NCBI GenBank assembly: GCA_041602695.1
Contig: JBFIFS010000003.1
Coordinates: 678-64,677, forward strand
Source: Kiritimatiellia bacterium
Lineage (GTDB): Bacteria > Verrucomicrobiota > Kiritimatiellia > UBA8416 > JBFIFS01
DNA: 64,000 nucleotides
Direction: 5' to 3'
Numbering within the stretch: the first letter of the stretch is position 1; the number at the start of each line of letters is the position of its first letter. The position numbers and the translations under genes are program-made. A model generated the notes under the pieces. It did no database searches, had not been told where the DNA came from, and was given only the letters and a program-made list of their open reading frames with translations. Shown piece by piece: positions 60,199 to 64,000 of the stretch.

Positions 60199-61700
60199 TT
60201 CTTTTCCTCCTCTGTCGAAACTTGCGCCTTCGACGCCTCAGTCTCGACCTCTTTGTGTAATTCCGCGATCTTCTGGTGCATTTGGTAATAACCGTCGGCG
60301 AACACAGAGTAGTCGCCGCCGCCTCCCATCGCTGCCGAGAACCTCACGGAGTTGGCGTGGAAGAGCCATACATCCATCCACTTCCTTTCTATTGGCTCGT
60401 CAAACGGGTTGGCTTTGTCCGCGATGCCTAGATTCCAGGCACGCAGCAGGATCTCTGTGGCAACCGCTGTCTTCTCGTTGGTCTTTTCTATTTCATGCTC
60501 GAAACGTTTCCAGAACCCTTTTGTCCATGAGCTGTCATGACAGGCGCTGCAGACTTTCTGCATCTCCGCGGCCCGCTCGGCCCGCTCCTCCGGGCCTATT
60601 AGAAAGTCCTTCGCGAAATTTCCCGCAAAGTCGGTTGGCAGCTGCAGCCCATCAGAGTTCTTTATGATCGTTGTGTCAGGGGAAACCGGATGAGGATGCG
60701 CGTAGGGAAGTCCGAAGATGCGCCACGGCAGGCGATCATTCATGCGATGGGTACGCTCGGCAACTATTTCGCCGTCTGTATTCGCAAGCAGGCTCATATG
60801 ACATGTGGCACAGGTGGGGGCGGAAAAATCAGCGCCAACTGTCCAGGGCACATTCGTATAGTTCCAGCTGGAGCCTTTTGCGGCATAGATGTTGCCGTGC
60901 TTGCTGGCCATATAAACCTTGTAGGCCGGGACGTCCGGCCCCACGTGGCACTCCCTGCATGTGTGCGGTTTTCGCGCCATCTCTATGGAGAAATCATGCC
61001 TTGTGTGGCAGGCCGAGCAGGCTCCAACGCTGCCGTCGAGGTTGATACGGCCCACCCCCTGGTTTGGCCAGCCCTTTATGACGGGAAACTCAGCTTCCCC
61101 GATAAGGTCGTGATCGCGTGTCTCCATGCCCTTGAACTCAAGCTTGGTGCCATGGCAATGATAACAGCCTGTCTCCTTTGTCAGGTCACTCGCCGCACCG
61201 TAGTGAAGCTTTCCATTCTTGTTCTGGATGTCGCCGATCAGGGCGTTTTCAAGAACATTGTAGACTGCATTATGTGCCAGGTTAGTGTACGCACGCGACA
61301 TGATGTTCTGTTCAAACTCATCGCGCTCGACCGGGTGACAAACAGCACAGTCCGCCGGGCTGACCACCACGTGAATCTTGTGCTCCAGGTGATCAAATGT
61401 GTCGGCATGTTTGTCCCCTCTCAGCTTGTGGCATTCAGCGCACCCGACAACCACGTCTTTAAGTTCATCAGGAACAGACTTGGCGGAAATCCTTCTTGCA
61501 TTTTTCTTTACGAGCATGCCCTCGGCCGGGGTGACTCGGGAATGGCGGCTTGCTTTCCAGTCAGCTACAATTCCGGGATGCAGTGATGCATGGCAGTCTA
61601 TGCATTCCTGGCTTGCCTCGCTGATCTTCGGCTCCTGCGCGAGAGTCTGCGGCAATATTGCTGCAGTGCTGATTACAACAAGTACGAAAAGTTTTGTCAT
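60195..61700 (-). CDS. periplasmic octaheme c-type cytochrome, hydroxylamine-oxidoreductase (HAO) family-like
   Basis: Eight CxxCH motifs (CIDCH, CAECH, CAVCH, CYHCH, CSACH, CRECH, CATCH, CSACH). Signal peptide starts at ATG 61700 with a GGGGAGG SD. Confidence 0.75.
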   Translation of the reverse strand: MTKLFVLVVISTAAILPQTLAQEPKISEASQECIDCHASLHPGIVADWKASRHSRVTPAEGMLVKKNARRISAKSVPDELKDVVVGCAECHKLRGDKHADTFDHLEHKIHVVVSPADCAVCHPVERDEFEQNIMSRAYTNLAHNAVYNVLENALIGDIQNKNGKLHYGAASDLTKETGCYHCHGTKLEFKGMETRDHDLIGEAEFPVIKGWPNQGVGRINLDGSVGACSACHTRHDFSIEMARKPHTCRECHVGPDVPAYKVYMASKHGNIYAAKGSSWNYTNVPWTVGADFSAPTCATCHMSLLANTDGEIVAERTHRMNDRLPWRIFGLPYAHPHPVSPDTTIIKNSDGLQLPTDFAGNFAKDFLIGPEERAERAAEMQKVCSACHDSSWTKGFWKRFEHEIEKTNEKTAVATEILLRAWNLGIADKANPFDEPIERKWMDVWLFHANSVRFSAAMGGGGDYSVFADGYYQMHQKIAELHKEVETEASKAQVSTEEEKK

Positions 61701-61849
61701 TAGGGCCTCCCCTGGTAAGTCGTTCAGCAAATTATGCTAACTCTACGAGCCTGCATTTGCAAGGCGCGGAACCTGGAGATCCATCCGCGCCCCCCCGGAT
61801 GTGCACTGCGCTGCTGAGCACCAGTCGCCCCCTAATGGACCCAGCACCA

Positions 61850-61878
61850 TTGACATTCAGGTTTGGCGTGAATATTAT
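61850..61878 (+). promoter_or_regulatory. sigma-70 promoter TTGACA-N17-TATTAT
   Basis: Consensus -35 at 61850-61855 and -10 at 61873-61878. It lies ~38 nt before ATG 61916. Confidence 0.55.
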
Positions 61879-61915
61879 TCGACCTCATATCCATGCAATA
61901 AACTGGAGAATAGAA

Positions 61916-63784
61916 ATGCCGAAAGCAGCGAAAAGACCCGTCGATTTTGACAAGCTGGCTACAGCCAGGCGTAAATTCACCGTTACTGACCGGTCACTGG
62001 TAGGTCATGTTCCAACGATCGCGATCACTCCGGTCGTAGATGGACGGGACGGCGCCTACGAAGACAACCTGGAAGCCACCTGGCGAATGGCCGAGCGCGT
62101 CTATAAGCTCATTTCAGAAAACGTCTGCCTGCCTGACGGAACTCCGGTCCGTGTCGTAGTTCCTCCTGAGATCGTCTACGGCCCCCGAACAGGCGCCCTC
62201 GCGCAGGAGTACTACACGACGCAGGGCGTTAGCGCGAACATTTGGGTAAGCCGTTCATGGGCATACAGCGATGAACTCATGAGCGCGTGCCAGGGCATCG
62301 GAAGCTCGGAATGGGTCCAGGCCGCCTACGGCCTTAACCAGACAGACCGACCGGGCGCGGTCTGGCTGAAAGCCTTCTGTGCCGCTATGGACGAAAAGAG
62401 GCGTCCGATTTTCTCGATCTACAATCCGGACCTGGAAGACGAAACAAAGGAAATGCCTGGCTTCGTCAAGGAGCGGCTCCTGAGGTTCGCGCGGTGCGCC
62501 ACTGCAATCGCCGAGATACGCGGCAAGAACTATCTCTCAGTCGGAAGCGTGTCCATGGGCATAATCGGATCAGACGTGCGCCGGAACATGTTCCTCGACT
62601 ACCTGGGCATGGGAACGGTCTCCGTCGACATGGTCGGAGTAAAGGGTCGCCTCGACAAGGGCTTCTATGATCACGAAGAGCTCGAAAAGGCGTTCCGTTT
62701 CATGAAGAAGAACTTCAAGTATGCCGCGACTGAAGGCGAGAACCCGAGGCCGCTGGACGACCTGCTTCGTGAATGCATAGCCATCACCATGATCGTGAGG
62801 GACATGATGATCGGCAACCCGCGCCTGGCGGACAAGGCGCTCGGCAGGAAATACGGCTTTAAGGCGGACGTCGAGCAGTCACAGGGCTGCAACGCCATTG
62901 CGGGCGGGACCCAGGGCCAGCGTCAGTGGACAGACCTCTACCCCAATTTCGACATGACAGAATCCATGCTGTGCAGCTCGTTCGACTGGAACGGTCCGCG
63001 TCCGCCCATGATTGTGGCCACCGAAAATGACTCGAAGAACGCCATTGGAATGCTGGTCGCCCACCTTCTCACGGGCCTTCCGCAGCTGTTTGCGGACATC
63101 CGTACGAACTGGACAGCCGCAAGCATAAAGAGGGCGACCGGTGTGGATGTCAGCAAGACTGTTCCCAATGGACTGATCGACAAGCGCAATTCAGGGGCCG
63201 GAGCCCTCGACTACGCGCTGGACATATTCAAGCTGGTCAAGGGAGGAAAGGGCAAGTCCATCTATGAAGTCGCCAAGGCGCTGAGGGAAAGCAGTGAGGC
63301 GCAGAAGGACCTCATGAAAAAGGCCATCGCAGGCACCACATACGAGCGTGCCGTAATCTCCTACTTCCCCGGCGACGGTCTGTCGAGCTCCTTCAGGACA
63401 CCCGGCGGCGTACCGATGACTGCATACCGCTACAATGCCGTGGGCAACAGGATGACTTGCTCCATCGTCGAAGGCGAAACGCTGGAACTGCCCGCCAAGG
63501 TAGCCGACCACATTGCGAAGGTCACGAACCAGACATGGCCTGAGTCCTATTGGGTTCCGCGCGGAATGACATCGGCAGAATACATGGCAAAGATCGGCCC
63601 GAACCACGACGCCAATTCATTCGGTCACATCGGCGCAGACATGATTACTCTCAACGCCATGCTGCGTATCCCGATAGACATGCACAATGTCCCTGAAGAC
63701 CAGATCTTCCGGCCGACAATGTGGGACCGCTTTGGCGGCGACGACTTCAGGGCCTGCGAAGAGCTCGGTCCCCTTTACGGGTAA
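61916..63784 (+). CDS. fucI: L-fucose isomerase-like sugar isomerase
   Basis: 622 aa from ATG 61916 (GGAGAA SD). The N-terminal PTIAITPVVDGR resembles FucI IGIRPVIDGR. Size fits the FucI/AraA superfamily. Confidence 0.65.
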   Translation: MPKAAKRPVDFDKLATARRKFTVTDRSLVGHVPTIAITPVVDGRDGAYEDNLEATWRMAERVYKLISENVCLPDGTPVRVVVPPEIVYGPRTGALAQEYYTTQGVSANIWVSRSWAYSDELMSACQGIGSSEWVQAAYGLNQTDRPGAVWLKAFCAAMDEKRRPIFSIYNPDLEDETKEMPGFVKERLLRFARCATAIAEIRGKNYLSVGSVSMGIIGSDVRRNMFLDYLGMGTVSVDMVGVKGRLDKGFYDHEELEKAFRFMKKNFKYAATEGENPRPLDDLLRECIAITMIVRDMMIGNPRLADKALGRKYGFKADVEQSQGCNAIAGGTQGQRQWTDLYPNFDMTESMLCSSFDWNGPRPPMIVATENDSKNAIGMLVAHLLTGLPQLFADIRTNWTAASIKRATGVDVSKTVPNGLIDKRNSGAGALDYALDIFKLVKGGKGKSIYEVAKALRESSEAQKDLMKKAIAGTTYERAVISYFPGDGLSSSFRTPGGVPMTAYRYNAVGNRMTCSIVEGETLELPAKVADHIAKVTNQTWPESYWVPRGMTSAEYMAKIGPNHDANSFGHIGADMITLNAMLRIPIDMHNVPEDQIFRPTMWDRFGGDDFRACEELGPLYG

Positions 63785-63805
63785 TCCGGCCGCATCGCGG
63801 AATAG

Positions 63806-64000
63806 CTAGAACGCAAAGTGGGCACCAATACTGATGCCTGATGTGTCCCATAAGTCGGATCGGTACAGGTCCCCTGCCAGGGTAATGTATCTATTGGCCC
63901 ACTTTATTGAAGCGCCGGCGCCGAACTCCTCTGCAGTGTCGTAGACCAGCGAAACAGATGCAGAGAGCTTGCCACGACTGACGGATTCAAGTTCGTAATT
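63806..64000 (-). CDS. outer-membrane beta-barrel protein, C-terminal fragment (continues beyond the window)
   Basis: The minus frame is open to the window edge. It ends ...LWDTSGISIGAHFAF*, with alternating hydrophobic residues and a terminal Phe typical of OMP beta-signals. Confidence 0.55.
   Translation of the reverse strand, partial: NYELESVSRGKLSASVSLVYDTAEEFGAGASIKWANRYITLAGDLYRSDLWDTSGISIGAHFAF

Overview
A 64 kb bacterial chromosomal segment that looks moderately GC-rich by eye. It is densely packed with about 60 protein genes and 2 tRNAs (tRNA-Pro GGG and tRNA-Sec UCA). I saw no rRNA, CRISPR array, transposase, integrase or phage genes. Gene content points to an anaerobic polysaccharide degrader: GH10 xylanase, xylA, a fucI-like isomerase, glycogen genes, rubrerythrin, a flavodiiron protein, an octaheme HAO-like cytochrome and a sigma-54 regulator. 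I cannot assign a taxon from the sequence alone.

The main result is a selenium-centred neighbourhood at about 12.3-23.3 kb, in this order:
- a candidate new exported selenoprotein, with an in-frame UGA that creates a CxxU motif, a SECIS-like hairpin 13 nt downstream, and a reading frame that continues to a strong terminator;
- a tightly coupled operon encoding a SAM methyltransferase, three paralogous 2-hydroxyacyl-CoA-dehydratase/BcrBC-family (HGD-D) proteins and one ATP-dependent activase;
- tRNA-Sec, head-to-head with selA;
- selA, selB, and an unusual three-module selD (Cys-rich N-terminus, SelD core, AhpD/CMD-like CxxC domain).

Other notable items:
- a nine-gene O2/ROS-defence plus oxidative pentose-phosphate operon that ends in a 58-aa Cys-rich ORF absent from the ORF track;
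- a sigma-54 promoter driving a small Cys-protein/thioredoxin-like pair, next to an enhancer-binding protein with a degenerate LMW-PTP-like domain and a 4-Cys PAS domain;
- a predicted pseudokinase;
- a Cys-rich lipoprotein rhodanese;
- a metX-metW fusion;
- an octaheme cytochrome coupled to bcp.

All functional calls rest on motif recognition by eye. No database search was run.
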